This document shows positions 44,759-54,185 of a DNA stretch of 64,000 bases, one piece after another. Both the position numbers and the translations under genes were made by a program. The first letter of the stretch is position 1; every line of letters begins with the position of its first letter. The notes beneath the pieces were generated by a model, which saw nothing but the letters and a program-made list of their open reading frames with translations, was not told the DNA's origin and ran no database searches. This DNA comes from a virus (taxonomy: Duplodnaviria > Caudoviricetes): the IMG/VR virus record IMGVR_UViG_3300025924_000017, positions 32,001 through 96,000 of that record. The stretch is one strand, 5' to 3'.

Positions 44759-44941
44759 ATGGCATTGCTCGGTTGGTACTACATCGTGTGCTGGCTGGCG
44801 CTCGCCGTCCTGATCTCCGGCATTGTGGCGGGCTCTGTAGGTTCGCTGCTTGGGTACGGGATAGCCTGCACCATCGTGGCCTTGATGTTCGGCGGCTATT
44901 TGCTTGATGCATACCTTTGGCATCGTTCGTCGAGGGGTTAG
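44759..44941 (+). CDS. small membrane protein
   Basis: hydrophobic. Confidence 0.55.
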   Translation: MALLGWYYIVCWLALAVLISGIVAGSVGSLLGYGIACTIVALMFGGYLLDAYLWHRSSRG

Positions 44942-44949
44942 AGCGTCTG

Positions 44950-45162
44950 ATGGCAACCCGCTACTTCATCGGCGTTGACGATAGCTGCCATTACTATCTC
45001 GTGCCGGTCGAGCATCGCGCCGAGTGGAATGATTGGGCGGACTACCAACTGCCCGACGAATATACGGACGCGCAAGCGAGCTACGCATGGACGACGCCAT
45101 CGTATGCACGACGCATCGACCGGTACTCCTCGATCACCTTCACAGACCCGCAAGAGCACTGA
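44950..45162 (+). CDS. hypothetical protein (DDSCHYYLVP motif)
   Basis: operon continuity. Confidence 0.65.
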   Translation: MATRYFIGVDDSCHYYLVPVEHRAEWNDWADYQLPDEYTDAQASYAWTTPSYARRIDRYSSITFTDPQEH

Positions 45163-45476
45163 TGCGTAAAGCCGACGTAGACCGTGCGCTCGCCCACACC
45201 GGCAAACGCTACGACTATATCTTCATCGACGAATACCAACACCTTGAGAAAGCCCCAATGACTTCCGTTCCTGTCCCTCATGTCTCGACCCCGCTGCCGC
45301 AGATGCATCTCGCGATGAACCTCAAGCAGCATCTCTTTGCCTCCACCATGTTCTCGCCGGTCGGCGTCCTGCTCTATCGCGCATTCGAACGCAAGACCAT
45401 CAGTCACATCAAGACGCTTCAGGCGCTCCACACCGCCCGGCGCCAGCGCGAAGCTGCAAGGGGTCATTGGCTGTGA
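45162..45476 (+). CDS. hypothetical protein
   Basis: TGATG coupling. Confidence 0.5.
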   Translation: MRKADVDRALAHTGKRYDYIFIDEYQHLEKAPMTSVPVPHVSTPLPQMHLAMNLKQHLFASTMFSPVGVLLYRAFERKTISHIKTLQALHTARRQREAARGHWL

Positions 45477-45835
45477 TCAACTTCGCCGAACACAAACCAG
45501 CGACGCTGGAAGAAGCCATCCAGATCGTCGCACAGTATCTCAACGACGAAGAGATCGCGTACATCGAGACCGAAGGTGCCAACTCCGCACACCACGGCTT
45601 CGGTACGCAAATGCGTAACGAGTGGGGCCTCTGGCACAAGTCGCCTCTCGCCAAACACTTCGAGCAACGTTTCGGTCTCGGTCACGCCGACGACATGAGC
45701 GGACTGATTCTGTCCGGCGTCGAAGCAAAGGTGAAGAAACTACCTTTCGACCCTGCGCCCCTCGTCGAGGACTACAAGAAGTTCTGGCGTCAACAGAGCA
45801 TCGATCCGCTGACGCAAAACGAGATCGCCGCATGA
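45473..45835 (+). CDS. DUF6794-like protein
   Basis: HHGFGTQMRNEWGLW...HF...GLGHADDMSGLIL. Confidence 0.7.
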   Translation: MINFAEHKPATLEEAIQIVAQYLNDEEIAYIETEGANSAHHGFGTQMRNEWGLWHKSPLAKHFEQRFGLGHADDMSGLILSGVEAKVKKLPFDPAPLVEDYKKFWRQQSIDPLTQNEIAA

Positions 45836-46296
45836 CGACTATCGCATATCGAGACGGCATCATGGCCGCCGACCGCCGCGTCACCCGTAGCGGTTACGTG
45901 ATCGGTATGAAAACGAAAATCGAGAAGGTTGGACGCCTGTTGATCGGCGGCACGGGGTCCGTGGCCGTTATCGACAGCTTTATGGCTTGGGTCCGGGGCG
46001 GTTGCAACGGTGGCTGCCCGCCAATGGGCCTCAAGAGCGCGACCGACGATGAGTACTCGGGGACCGGATGCATCATCATGCCGAACGGACGCGCCGTCCT
46101 CTTTCATGAAGGCGGTCATGAAGTTCGAGAGGGTCTACAGGATCGTCACGGTCGGGGCTCGTTTTTCGCATTCGGTTCGGGCGTCGATCACGCACTTTCC
46201 GCGATGTGGATGGGAGCATCGGCCGAAGAAGCAGTTCGTGCAGCCTCGGCATTCGATACCGGCACTGGCAACGGCATCGACACGATCCGCCTCTGA
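45832..46296 (+). CDS. proteasome-beta/HslV-like Ntn-hydrolase (paralogue 2)
   Basis: MTTIAYRDGIMAADRR, GGTG, AFGSG...A...GASAEEAV..A..FDTGTG. Confidence 0.85.
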   Translation: MTTIAYRDGIMAADRRVTRSGYVIGMKTKIEKVGRLLIGGTGSVAVIDSFMAWVRGGCNGGCPPMGLKSATDDEYSGTGCIIMPNGRAVLFHEGGHEVREGLQDRHGRGSFFAFGSGVDHALSAMWMGASAEEAVRAASAFDTGTGNGIDTIRL

Positions 46297-46397
46297 TGAG
46301 TTGGCGTGATCCCGACATGCTGCTCACCTACGCGATGCTCACCTTCGCATTGCTTCCAGCCGCAATTGCTTTGGTCTCCATCTATCTGTTGTAATCG

Positions 46398-46628
46398 ATG
46401 TCTTATCGCATGACCGACCGAATGCAGACCGCGCTCGGTTACGACGAATTCGGAAATAATCCGAGCCTGCTCTGCGAGCAGGACCAGATCACGCTCGAAC
46501 ACGGAAACTATCTCCGCGTTTCGGGCGACGCCGAGTGCGGCGTTTGCGGATCACCCTACCGTATTCACCCGGCGGTGCAGGGATGTCTTTGGCTCATTCG
46601 CGGGTGTGATGGTCTCGTGAAACTCTGA
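46398..46628 (+). CDS. hypothetical protein
   Basis: CGVCG...C motif. Confidence 0.6.
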   Translation: MSYRMTDRMQTALGYDEFGNNPSLLCEQDQITLEHGNYLRVSGDAECGVCGSPYRIHPAVQGCLWLIRGCDGLVKL

Positions 46629-46792
46629 TGTCTGCTATCGCTGCTATCCTCGCCATCTTCCTCTTCGTGCGCCTCCTAGCCGTAATCGATCCCGACGAGA
46701 TCGGGCGTCGAGCGGCTACGGTTTGCTACATCGTAATGTTCGCGGCTATGGCGGTCTTCGGCTTCGCGTTCGCCCATGCGGTGCTGCCATGA
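46628..46792 (+). CDS. small 2-TM protein
   Basis: hydrophobic; coupled. Confidence 0.55.
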   Translation: MSAIAAILAIFLFVRLLAVIDPDEIGRRAATVCYIVMFAAMAVFGFAFAHAVLP

Positions 46793-47058
46793 GCGACTTC
46801 GAGCGCGCCTTGCGTGGCTGGCGCCTGACCACAGCCAAGATTTTCTACTTCATGCCGGACGCACCGCTGGTGGTGAATCCACATTGGTTCCTCTGGCAGA
46901 AGCTCGACAAGGCCCCGAGTTTTCCGATCCTCAACGCGTACCTGCGTTGGTGGGAAGAACACATCGAGGGCAAGCTGCACTCCGTACAGGTCGCGGTGAG
47001 TGGCTTGTTGGCGCCCACAGACCTTCAACTCCGAGACGGTGAGTATCGACTGCAATGA
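46789..47058 (+). CDS. usg: Usg-family protein
   Basis: MSDFE..L.GW.LTTAKI.Y.MPD.P...WQ..D.AP.FP.L..YL.WW...IEG.LHSV. Confidence 0.8.
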   Translation: MSDFERALRGWRLTTAKIFYFMPDAPLVVNPHWFLWQKLDKAPSFPILNAYLRWWEEHIEGKLHSVQVAVSGLLAPTDLQLRDGEYRLQ

Positions 47059-47270
47059 GCTACTGGGAACGTACCAAGATTTTTATGGGACTCACCGACT
47101 GGGTCATGGTCGGCGCTTGTCTGATCGGCGCCGTGTTCTGCTTTACCCAGATTGCGATCACACCTCCGGCGACGCTCGGTGTCTTCGTCCTTCCACTCGT
47201 CGCGCTCGCGATTTGGTGGTGCAATGTCTCACCCTATGACCCGAAGATCGGGCAGGGGCCTGAGGATTGA
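47055..47270 (+). CDS. small 2-TM protein
   Basis: hydrophobic. Confidence 0.6.
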   Translation: MSYWERTKIFMGLTDWVMVGACLIGAVFCFTQIAITPPATLGVFVLPLVALAIWWCNVSPYDPKIGQGPED

Positions 47271-47713
47271 GTCATCGCAAGTACCCCGGCCCATTCGGCG
47301 TGCCACCCGCAGCCGGAATGTGCCGGTGGTGCGGACTCTGGATCAAGGACGCGGACGGGAACGTCCTGTCGGAGCAGAAGTTCTGCGGAGCGCCCTGCAA
47401 GACGCATTACCAACTGAGAGCCGATCCGCAGAAGATGCGGCAGCACGTCTTCTTCCGCGACGGCGGTAAGTGTGCGCGTTGCGGCTACGTCCACCCGTAC
47501 CTCGATGGTGACTGGGAAGCGGATCACGTCATCCCGCTCATGATCGGACTGAGCGACCCCGCGCTCTTCGAGCCGGACAATGTGATCGTGATGTGCACGG
47601 CGCCGAACCGCTGCCACTACGACAAGTCGGCCGAGGATCGGCGCACATATCGCAAGAAGTTCCGACGCACGATGCGCGACATTTACGCCGAGATCGCAAA
47701 AGAAATTTCATAA
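47267..47713 (+). CDS. HNH endonuclease
   Basis: CARCG...EADHVIPL...DN..VMC...CHYDKS. Confidence 0.8.
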   Translation: MSHRKYPGPFGVPPAAGMCRWCGLWIKDADGNVLSEQKFCGAPCKTHYQLRADPQKMRQHVFFRDGGKCARCGYVHPYLDGDWEADHVIPLMIGLSDPALFEPDNVIVMCTAPNRCHYDKSAEDRRTYRKKFRRTMRDIYAEIAKEIS

Positions 47714-47784
47714 TTCATTCGTTGACGAATGACGTCAAAGACGGCACGGTGTCGCCATACACGACATCGCCCCGAAAGAACCCC

Positions 47785-48726
47785 GTGCGCCGCATCCTGC
47801 CTTGTGACGACTTCCGCCCCGATCAGCTTCACGTCATCTCGGTCCTATCGAACCCGATCCGCTACGAGTCGCGCCTCTCGCTGTTTCGCGAGTATGTCGA
47901 GCGCATGACGGCTGCGGGCGTCACGCTCTGGATCGTCGAGGCCACATTTGGCGAGCGCAAGTATCAGGTCACCAACGATGGGAACGTCCATCACATCCAA
48001 CTTCGCTGCGACTCCGAAGTTTGGCTGAAGGAGGCGTTGATAAACGCCGGGCGCCGGTTCCTTCCGCCCGACGCGAAGTATATCGGCTGGCAGGACGCCG
48101 ACATCGCATTCGTGCGTAATGACTGGGCGACGGAGGTCATCCACCATCTCCAGCACTTCCCGGTCGTCCAGCCGTTCAGTCACGCGCAGGACCTCGGCCC
48201 GAACTTCGAACCCATGGGTCAACTCGCGATGGGCTTCGCCTTCATGTATCGCGAGCTTTCGATCACCCCCGACAGCGACTACTACACCAAGATGCACCCC
48301 GGCTACGGCTGGTACTGGCGGCGCGAAAGCTGGGATATGGTCGGCGGGATGATCGACATCGGCATCTTGGGCTCCGGCGACCGGCACATGGCGTGCGCGC
48401 TCGTGGGTCACGCCGAGAAGTCCCTCTATTATGGGCTGCACCCCAATTACCGGCGCTCGGTGTTGAACTGGCAGCACCTCGCCAAGGAAGCGGTCAACGG
48501 GAACATCGGCTATGTCCCGGGCACCATCAATCACTACTTCCACGGCCTGAAGGCCGACCGCAAGTACGGCACGCGCTGGAAAATCCTCGTCGAGCACCAG
48601 TTCGACCCCGAGATCGACATCATCCGCGACGGCGACGGCATGTTCCGTCTGCGCGGAAACAAGCCGAAGATGCGTGACGCGATCCAAAAGTACTTCCGCG
48701 CCCGGTCTGAAGACTACCATCCCTGA
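47785..48726 (+). CDS. putative GT-A-fold glycosyltransferase
   Basis: WLKEALIN...YIGWQDADI (DxD)...VQPFS...HPGYGW...GSGDRHMA; start uncertain. Confidence 0.65.
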   Translation: MRRILPCDDFRPDQLHVISVLSNPIRYESRLSLFREYVERMTAAGVTLWIVEATFGERKYQVTNDGNVHHIQLRCDSEVWLKEALINAGRRFLPPDAKYIGWQDADIAFVRNDWATEVIHHLQHFPVVQPFSHAQDLGPNFEPMGQLAMGFAFMYRELSITPDSDYYTKMHPGYGWYWRRESWDMVGGMIDIGILGSGDRHMACALVGHAEKSLYYGLHPNYRRSVLNWQHLAKEAVNGNIGYVPGTINHYFHGLKADRKYGTRWKILVEHQFDPEIDIIRDGDGMFRLRGNKPKMRDAIQKYFRARSEDYHP

Positions 48727-48989
48727 TTTGCACCCGACTTGACGGAAAAGCCCGTCAAATAAGGGTTTCTTGCGTGTTCTGTCGTGCCGCCGAGGAGGCC
48801 AACCCTCACCGGTAGCACGATACGTCAACACTTGCAAGTCGTAAATCTTGACATTGTGAAGAAATTAAAGTACAAACCTCATCATCCCGATAGACGACGC
48901 CAACCCCCGAGGTCGCCGTCATCTTTCTCCCCAAGAGCACGGGTCGTGCTCCCCACCCTGCGGGTCGCAGGTCTCCAGAGAAAGTGCGT

Positions 48990-49775
48990 ATGCCGAATAT
49001 CTTTTACGAGTCGCTGGACTCTGTTCCAGACGATTTCAAGTCCATCGCCAAGGAAGTCGATGGCAAGTTTGCAATCAACGTCGTGCCCCGTGCATCCGTT
49101 GACGAGTTTCGCGACACGAACATCGCGCTCCGGAAAGAGCGGGACGATCTGGTCGCAAAGGTGACCGCGTACAGCGGCATCGTTGGTGAAGACCTCGACG
49201 GTTTCACCAAGAACCTTGAGGACCTCCGGACCACGAAGCAACGCGTGGTGGACGGTGAACTCAAGGAAGGTCGCCAGATCGAGGAAGCCCTCGGCAAGCG
49301 TACCGAAGAATTGCGTAAGGGCTACGACTCACAGGTCCAAGGCCTCAGCAAAGAGCTTGCAGCGTACAAGGATCGCTATGCAACGCTCGACAACCAGTAC
49401 AAGCGCGGTCTGGTCGCATCGGCGATCAAGGACGCGTGTGTGTCGGCCGATAGCGGTGTGGAACCGCAGGCCATCGAAGACATCATCGCCCACGCCCACG
49501 GTCAGTGGCGGGTCGATGATCACGGCAAGATCGTGGCGTTCGATGGTGAGGCGCAACTTTTCGGCTCGGACGGTGTGAACCCGATGTCGCCGAAGGAATG
49601 GGTCGCGAAGCTGCGGACGGTGAAGCCGTTCTTCTTCAAGCCCACTCAGGGTGGCGGCTCCGGCGGCGACACGACGAAGAAGGTCCACGGCTACAACCGC
49701 GAGGACATCTCGAAGATGACGGCGGCACAACGCCTCGAACTGGCGAACACCCACGCGGGACGCCGTTCGGCCTAA
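48990..49775 (+). CDS. capsid scaffolding protein
   Basis: coiled-coil, C-terminal PFFFKPTQGGGSGG, directly upstream of the MCP. Confidence 0.75.
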   Translation: MPNIFYESLDSVPDDFKSIAKEVDGKFAINVVPRASVDEFRDTNIALRKERDDLVAKVTAYSGIVGEDLDGFTKNLEDLRTTKQRVVDGELKEGRQIEEALGKRTEELRKGYDSQVQGLSKELAAYKDRYATLDNQYKRGLVASAIKDACVSADSGVEPQAIEDIIAHAHGQWRVDDHGKIVAFDGEAQLFGSDGVNPMSPKEWVAKLRTVKPFFFKPTQGGGSGGDTTKKVHGYNREDISKMTAAQRLELANTHAGRRSA

Positions 49776-49894
49776 CCGGTCCGGAAGGACCTGACAGATC
49801 GGTCGGCGCGAGAGTGAGAAAGCTCTCGCGCCTGACCACCAAACGAAAGCCCGATCAACGGCGCGCTCGCGACGGATCGGCACACGAAATTCGA

Positions 49895-49920
49895 TGTCAC
49901 GAAAATATATTTTCGTGACA
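49895..49920. promoter_or_regulatory. perfect 26-bp palindrome upstream of the MCP
   Basis: tgtcacgaaaatatattttcgtgaca; related copy at 63019-63044. Confidence 0.7.
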
Positions 49921-50022
49921 CGCAACGAATTCCCTCGGGGCTGCTGAGCACCCGGGGCGATCCCGAGGCGGGGGCCGTCTCGAAAGCTCGGCAATCAAAA
50001 ACCCAAGGGAAATTGAGTCACC

Positions 50023-50958
50023 ATGACTGCTCTTACGCTTCTCCAAGCCGCTGCACAGGTGCAGGGTCAGGATGAGATCAAGCGCGGCGCGATCATCGAG
50101 ATGTTCGCGGCGCCCGACGTTCTCAAGTACCTGCCGTTCATCAACGTGCCCGGCAGCGCATACACCTACATCGCAGAAGGCCAGCTTTCCGGCGTCGCCT
50201 TCCGTGGTATCAACGAGTCTTACGGCACCTCGACCGGCGTCGTGAACCCGGAAACCGAACGCCTCCGCATCGTCGGCGGCGACCTCGACGTCGATAAGGC
50301 CCTCATCAAGACGCACGGCGCGGGCATCCGCTCGACGCAGGAGCGTATGAAGGTCAAGGCGCTGTCGCTGTACTACGCCTCCAAGATCGTCAACGGCGAC
50401 TCGGAAGCCGATCCGCGTGAATTCGACGGCCTCCGCAAGCGCATCACCGGCACCCAGCTTTTCGCGGCTGGTTCGTCCAGCGGCGGCGACGCCCTGAGCC
50501 TCGCGGTTCTCGACGACGCAATCGATCAGGTCGATGGTCCGACCCATCTGATCATGTCCAAGAAGATGCGCGCCCTGCTCTCGCAGGCTGCGAAGAATCC
50601 GAACGTCGCGGGCTACGTGACGTGGGACAAGAACGAGTTCGGCGAGCGGATCATGTTCTACAACGATCTGCCGATCCTCGTGACGGACTACGACTCGAAC
50701 GGCGTTCAGGTCATCGACTTCAACGAAGCCAACCCCGGTGGTGGCTCCGCAGTCGGCACCTCGATCTACGTGGTGAAGCTCGGCGATGACGGCGTTGTCG
50801 GCATCCAGAACGACATCATGGAGGTCAAGGACCTCGGCGAGATGAACGACAAGCCGGTGCTTCGTACCCGCATCGAGTGGCTGACCTCGCTGGCAGTCAT
50901 GAACGGCCGCAGCGCCGCTCGCGTCTGGGGCATCAAGAAGGCGGCGGTGACGGCCTAA
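50023..50958 (+). CDS. major capsid protein (HK97 fold)
   Basis: LTLLQAA..., FRGINE, GGDLDVD, EFDGLRKR, RTRIEW...ARVWGI. Confidence 0.9.
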   Translation: MTALTLLQAAAQVQGQDEIKRGAIIEMFAAPDVLKYLPFINVPGSAYTYIAEGQLSGVAFRGINESYGTSTGVVNPETERLRIVGGDLDVDKALIKTHGAGIRSTQERMKVKALSLYYASKIVNGDSEADPREFDGLRKRITGTQLFAAGSSSGGDALSLAVLDDAIDQVDGPTHLIMSKKMRALLSQAAKNPNVAGYVTWDKNEFGERIMFYNDLPILVTDYDSNGVQVIDFNEANPGGGSAVGTSIYVVKLGDDGVVGIQNDIMEVKDLGEMNDKPVLRTRIEWLTSLAVMNGRSAARVWGIKKAAVTA

Positions 50959-51009
50959 TCGGTCGCCACCAACCCTTCCTAACTTTCAGGAACAAGGAAA
51001 ACACCTCAG

Positions 51010-51447
51010 ATGGAATCTCGTATCCGTCACGCATATGACGCCAGCCTCGCGCTTCTCGCGCCGAACTCGGCGGCAAACACTGCGACCTTCACCAGCACGA
51101 AGGTTGACATCAATCGCATCGTCAACTCCGTCCGTGGCGCCCTCAACGGCAAGTACGGCGAGCGCAACTTCTCCGTTGTGTTCGTTGTCACCGCCCTCGA
51201 CCACACCACGGGTGACGAGACCTACTCGTACGCGTTCACCACGTGGGATGCCAACGGTGCCAACCCGGTGACGCAGCGCACCGAAGTCTTCACGACCGCC
51301 GATATCGGCGCCGTGTACGTCTACGACTTCGATACCGGTTCGCTCGCGAACCGCGACAACGACGCCGCACTGTTCGGCTTCGTGGCGACCCTCGCGGGTA
51401 CCACGCCGTCCGTGCAGGGCTTCTCGTACGTCGCACCGACCGCCTAA
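51010..51447 (+). CDS. minor capsid/decoration protein
   Basis: directly after the MCP; followed by a terminator. Confidence 0.7.
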   Translation: MESRIRHAYDASLALLAPNSAANTATFTSTKVDINRIVNSVRGALNGKYGERNFSVVFVVTALDHTTGDETYSYAFTTWDANGANPVTQRTEVFTTADIGAVYVYDFDTGSLANRDNDAALFGFVATLAGTTPSVQGFSYVAPTA

Positions 51448-51470
51448 CCCGCGCTCGGGACAACCCTCCG

Positions 51471-51508
51471 AAAAGGGGCGGGGCTTGCGCCTCGCCCCTT
51501 TTTCTTTT
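51471..51508 (+). terminator. intrinsic terminator
   Basis: aaaaggggcgggg-cttgcg-cctcgccccttttt followed by T-run. Confidence 0.75.
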
Positions 51509-51531
51509 GCTCGCATTACAGGATTTTCAAA

Positions 51532-52125
51532 GTGGCTCGTCGTCAACGTACACGCTCCAATGGCCCTCGCATGAGCAGCGGAGCCGGTGGTTTTTCCTAT
51601 CCGGTCTTCAGCCTCACCCTCGATAACGCCGAGTTCCCCGAGGCCTCGCCGCCGGGCACGCTCATCGGCAATTTCGCCTCCACGCCTCTCGATGGGCGCA
51701 TTCACCTGATCGACAATGCCGGTGGCAAGGTTGCCATGGGCGACAATCAGCGTTCTCTCGTCGTCGGCGCGACCGAAGACGATACCGTCGAAGCTTTCTC
51801 GGTCACCGCACGCCTGTCTTGGGCAGGTGCTTTCTCGGACTTCGAGTTCACCATCAACTCGGACGCCGCAACGCTGAGCGTCGGCGGCAGCACGAGCTTC
51901 GTCCACAACGCGGCGACCAACACGGTTCTCGGCGCGATCTCTTCGGTTCCAAGCGGCGCCTCCTACTCCATCGTTTCTCAGGATGTCGCGAGCGGCCTTG
52001 CGATCAGCGCTGGCAACCTTGTGAAGGGAAGTGGGACGATCACCGCCGGTGCGTACCACTTCACGCTTCGTGCCACGAAGGGCTCGTTCCACTGGGATCA
52101 GGCTTTCACCTACACCGCAACGTAA
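51532..52125 (+). CDS. cadherin/Ig-like virion protein
   Basis: LDNAEFPE.SPPGTLIG.F beta-rich repeats. Confidence 0.6.
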   Translation: MARRQRTRSNGPRMSSGAGGFSYPVFSLTLDNAEFPEASPPGTLIGNFASTPLDGRIHLIDNAGGKVAMGDNQRSLVVGATEDDTVEAFSVTARLSWAGAFSDFEFTINSDAATLSVGGSTSFVHNAATNTVLGAISSVPSGASYSIVSQDVASGLAISAGNLVKGSGTITAGAYHFTLRATKGSFHWDQAFTYTAT

Positions 52126-52135
52126 GCGCTCCCCT

Positions 52136-52525
52136 TTGGAATCCCCGGACCACTTCATCACCCGCGACGGTGTGACGTTCGCGGGGTCTCACCTGATCAT
52201 CGACTTTTGGGGCGCGAAGCATCTTGCAGATCGCGACGCGCTCGAACTGGCACTGATCGCGGCTGTGAAGGCCGCTGGCGCCACGCTGCTTCACATACAT
52301 CTGCATACCTTCGGAGACGGCGGCGGCGTCAGCGGCGTCGCTGTGCTCGCTGAGAGCCACATCAGCGTCCACACGTGGCCTGAGCGTGGCTATGCCGCCT
52401 TCGACATCTTCATGTGCGGCGACGCGCGCCCCGAACGCGCCCTCACTGTCCTCACAGAATCCCTGAACCCCGAAAGAACCGTCTCCGCAAATCACAAGAG
52501 GGGTATCACCCACGATGACACGTAA
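52136..52525 (+). CDS. speD: S-adenosylmethionine decarboxylase proenzyme
   Basis: AGSHLIIDFWG...GVSGVAVLAESHISVHTWPE.GYAAFDIFMCG; start uncertain (TTG). Confidence 0.9.
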   Translation: MESPDHFITRDGVTFAGSHLIIDFWGAKHLADRDALELALIAAVKAAGATLLHIHLHTFGDGGGVSGVAVLAESHISVHTWPERGYAAFDIFMCGDARPERALTVLTESLNPERTVSANHKRGITHDDT

Positions 52526-53294
52526 AATTCAGCGCTATGGCTGGAAGCGCGACAATCCTGACCACCGCGATCTCAAATTTGCCGCCGTCCACCGCGTCGA
52601 AGCCCTGAGCGTTCCGCCTGCCTACAGCCTCAAGCCGACCATCAAGTTCGTCTTCGATCAGGGCGATCTCGGTTCCTGTACCGCGAACTCCACGATGCTG
52701 ATGTGGGAAATGACCCACGGCCCGGCGCCGGATGGCGGCCACTGGTCGCGCATGTTCACCTACATCGAGAGCCTCATCTACGAACGTTCGTATCCGCAGG
52801 ACGCGGGCGCCGAGCTTCGCGACGTGATGAAGGTCCTCGCGACCAAGGGCACGCCGCCGGACAGCGAGTTCCCGTACGTCGTCAAGAACTTCCCGCACAA
52901 GCCGAGCCATGGCGTGATCGTCGATGCGCGCAAGGACAAGATCGTCACCTACTCCCGCCTCACGGAGCGCGCGGACTTCCTGAACTGTCTGGCGAGCGGC
53001 CATCCGTTCGTCTTTGGCTTCACGGTCTACGAGAGCTTCGAAAGCGATGAGGTCGCCAAGACTGGCGTCGTTCCGATGCCGGGCAAGAACGAGAAGGAGA
53101 TGGGCGGGCACGCCGTCTGTTGCGTCGGCTACGACCAGAACTTCCAAGGCACCGGCGAACTTTATTACCTCGTGCAGAACTCGTGGGGCGAGGACTGGGG
53201 CGACCCGAAGAACCCGGGCTGCTTCTGGATTCCTGCCGCCTACCTCGAAAATCCGGACTTGGCATCCGATTACTGGACCTGCCGGAACAGCTAA
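52515..53294 (+). CDS. papain-like cysteine peptidase (C1)
   Basis: DQGDLGSCTA, GGHAVCCVGYD, QNSWG..WG. Confidence 0.9.
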   Translation: MTRKIQRYGWKRDNPDHRDLKFAAVHRVEALSVPPAYSLKPTIKFVFDQGDLGSCTANSTMLMWEMTHGPAPDGGHWSRMFTYIESLIYERSYPQDAGAELRDVMKVLATKGTPPDSEFPYVVKNFPHKPSHGVIVDARKDKIVTYSRLTERADFLNCLASGHPFVFGFTVYESFESDEVAKTGVVPMPGKNEKEMGGHAVCCVGYDQNFQGTGELYYLVQNSWGEDWGDPKNPGCFWIPAAYLENPDLASDYWTCRNS

Positions 53295-53306
53295 AGGCTG
53301 ACGCGG

Positions 53307-53344
53307 TGTCAAGAAGTGCGGCAGTAACGCCGCATTTCTTGACA
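53307..53344. terminator. long hairpin ending in TTGACA (terminator/promoter overlap)
   Basis: tgtcaagaagtgcggc-agtaac-gccgcatttcttgaca. Confidence 0.65.
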
Positions 53345-53429
53345 GACGCCGCCTTTCATGACATCACAAAGCTCCCGAACGCCCGGCGCCAGACGCGTGG
53401 GCCACTCTCCCCGACAATCAGGAATTTCA

Positions 53430-53894
53430 ATGGCAAAGAAGCTTAGCGTCCCTTCGCATATGGCGGTCTATTCGCCCGATGGCGTGAAGGAGATGCACAC
53501 CCGCGCGAACGCGCGCGATCTCGTTCAGAACGCGGACTATTCATGGGAACCGCGCCGACCGGTCAGCCCGGTCGCGAAAGCGCCGTTCGCGCTCCCGCAG
53601 AACGCCAAGTTCAAGACCTCGAAGGCCCAAGAGGTTCTCGACCGCGCAGGCCTGAAGGCTGGCGAGGACGAGAGCGACGGCGATGAGGAATTCGACACGG
53701 TCGTGGACGAAGGCGCTGGCAACGGCACCTTCGCGCTGCCGACCGATGCCGAGGACGCGGAAGCCGACGCCGAACTCGACCCCGATAGCGTCGAGGAAGA
53801 AGCCCCCGCACCGCGCGCGCCCCGCAAGCCCCGCGCAAAGAAAACCAAGCAGCCGGTCGAAGACGAAGAAGTCGAGATCGTCGAGGAAGAATAA
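53430..53894 (+). CDS. acidic hypothetical protein
   Basis: RBS aggaa; D/E-rich. Confidence 0.75.
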   Translation: MAKKLSVPSHMAVYSPDGVKEMHTRANARDLVQNADYSWEPRRPVSPVAKAPFALPQNAKFKTSKAQEVLDRAGLKAGEDESDGDEEFDTVVDEGAGNGTFALPTDAEDAEADAELDPDSVEEEAPAPRAPRKPRAKKTKQPVEDEEVEIVEEE

Positions 53895-54185
53895 GTGACC
53901 ATTCGCGCTGGACATTTCGAGAAAACCGTCAGCTTCGACGTGACCGCCACGTCCGGGTCCTATCAGGTCCCGGGCGCGAACGACGCACGGGTCGCGCTGC
54001 TCGTGCAGTCCGACCGGACAATCCATATCGACCGCTCCGGCGAAGACGCGACTGTTTCGGCGTCGCTTCGTATCCCGGCGGATACACCGGTTCTGGTGAA
54101 CGCCTTCGCTGGCGACACGATCACCTACGTCACAGGGACCGGCGAGTCGGATGGCACCATCTGGTTCACCAAGGTCGATCACTAA
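53895..54185 (+). CDS. putative virion protein
   Basis: abuts neighbours. Confidence 0.65.
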   Translation: MTIRAGHFEKTVSFDVTATSGSYQVPGANDARVALLVQSDRTIHIDRSGEDATVSASLRIPADTPVLVNAFAGDTITYVTGTGESDGTIWFTKVDH

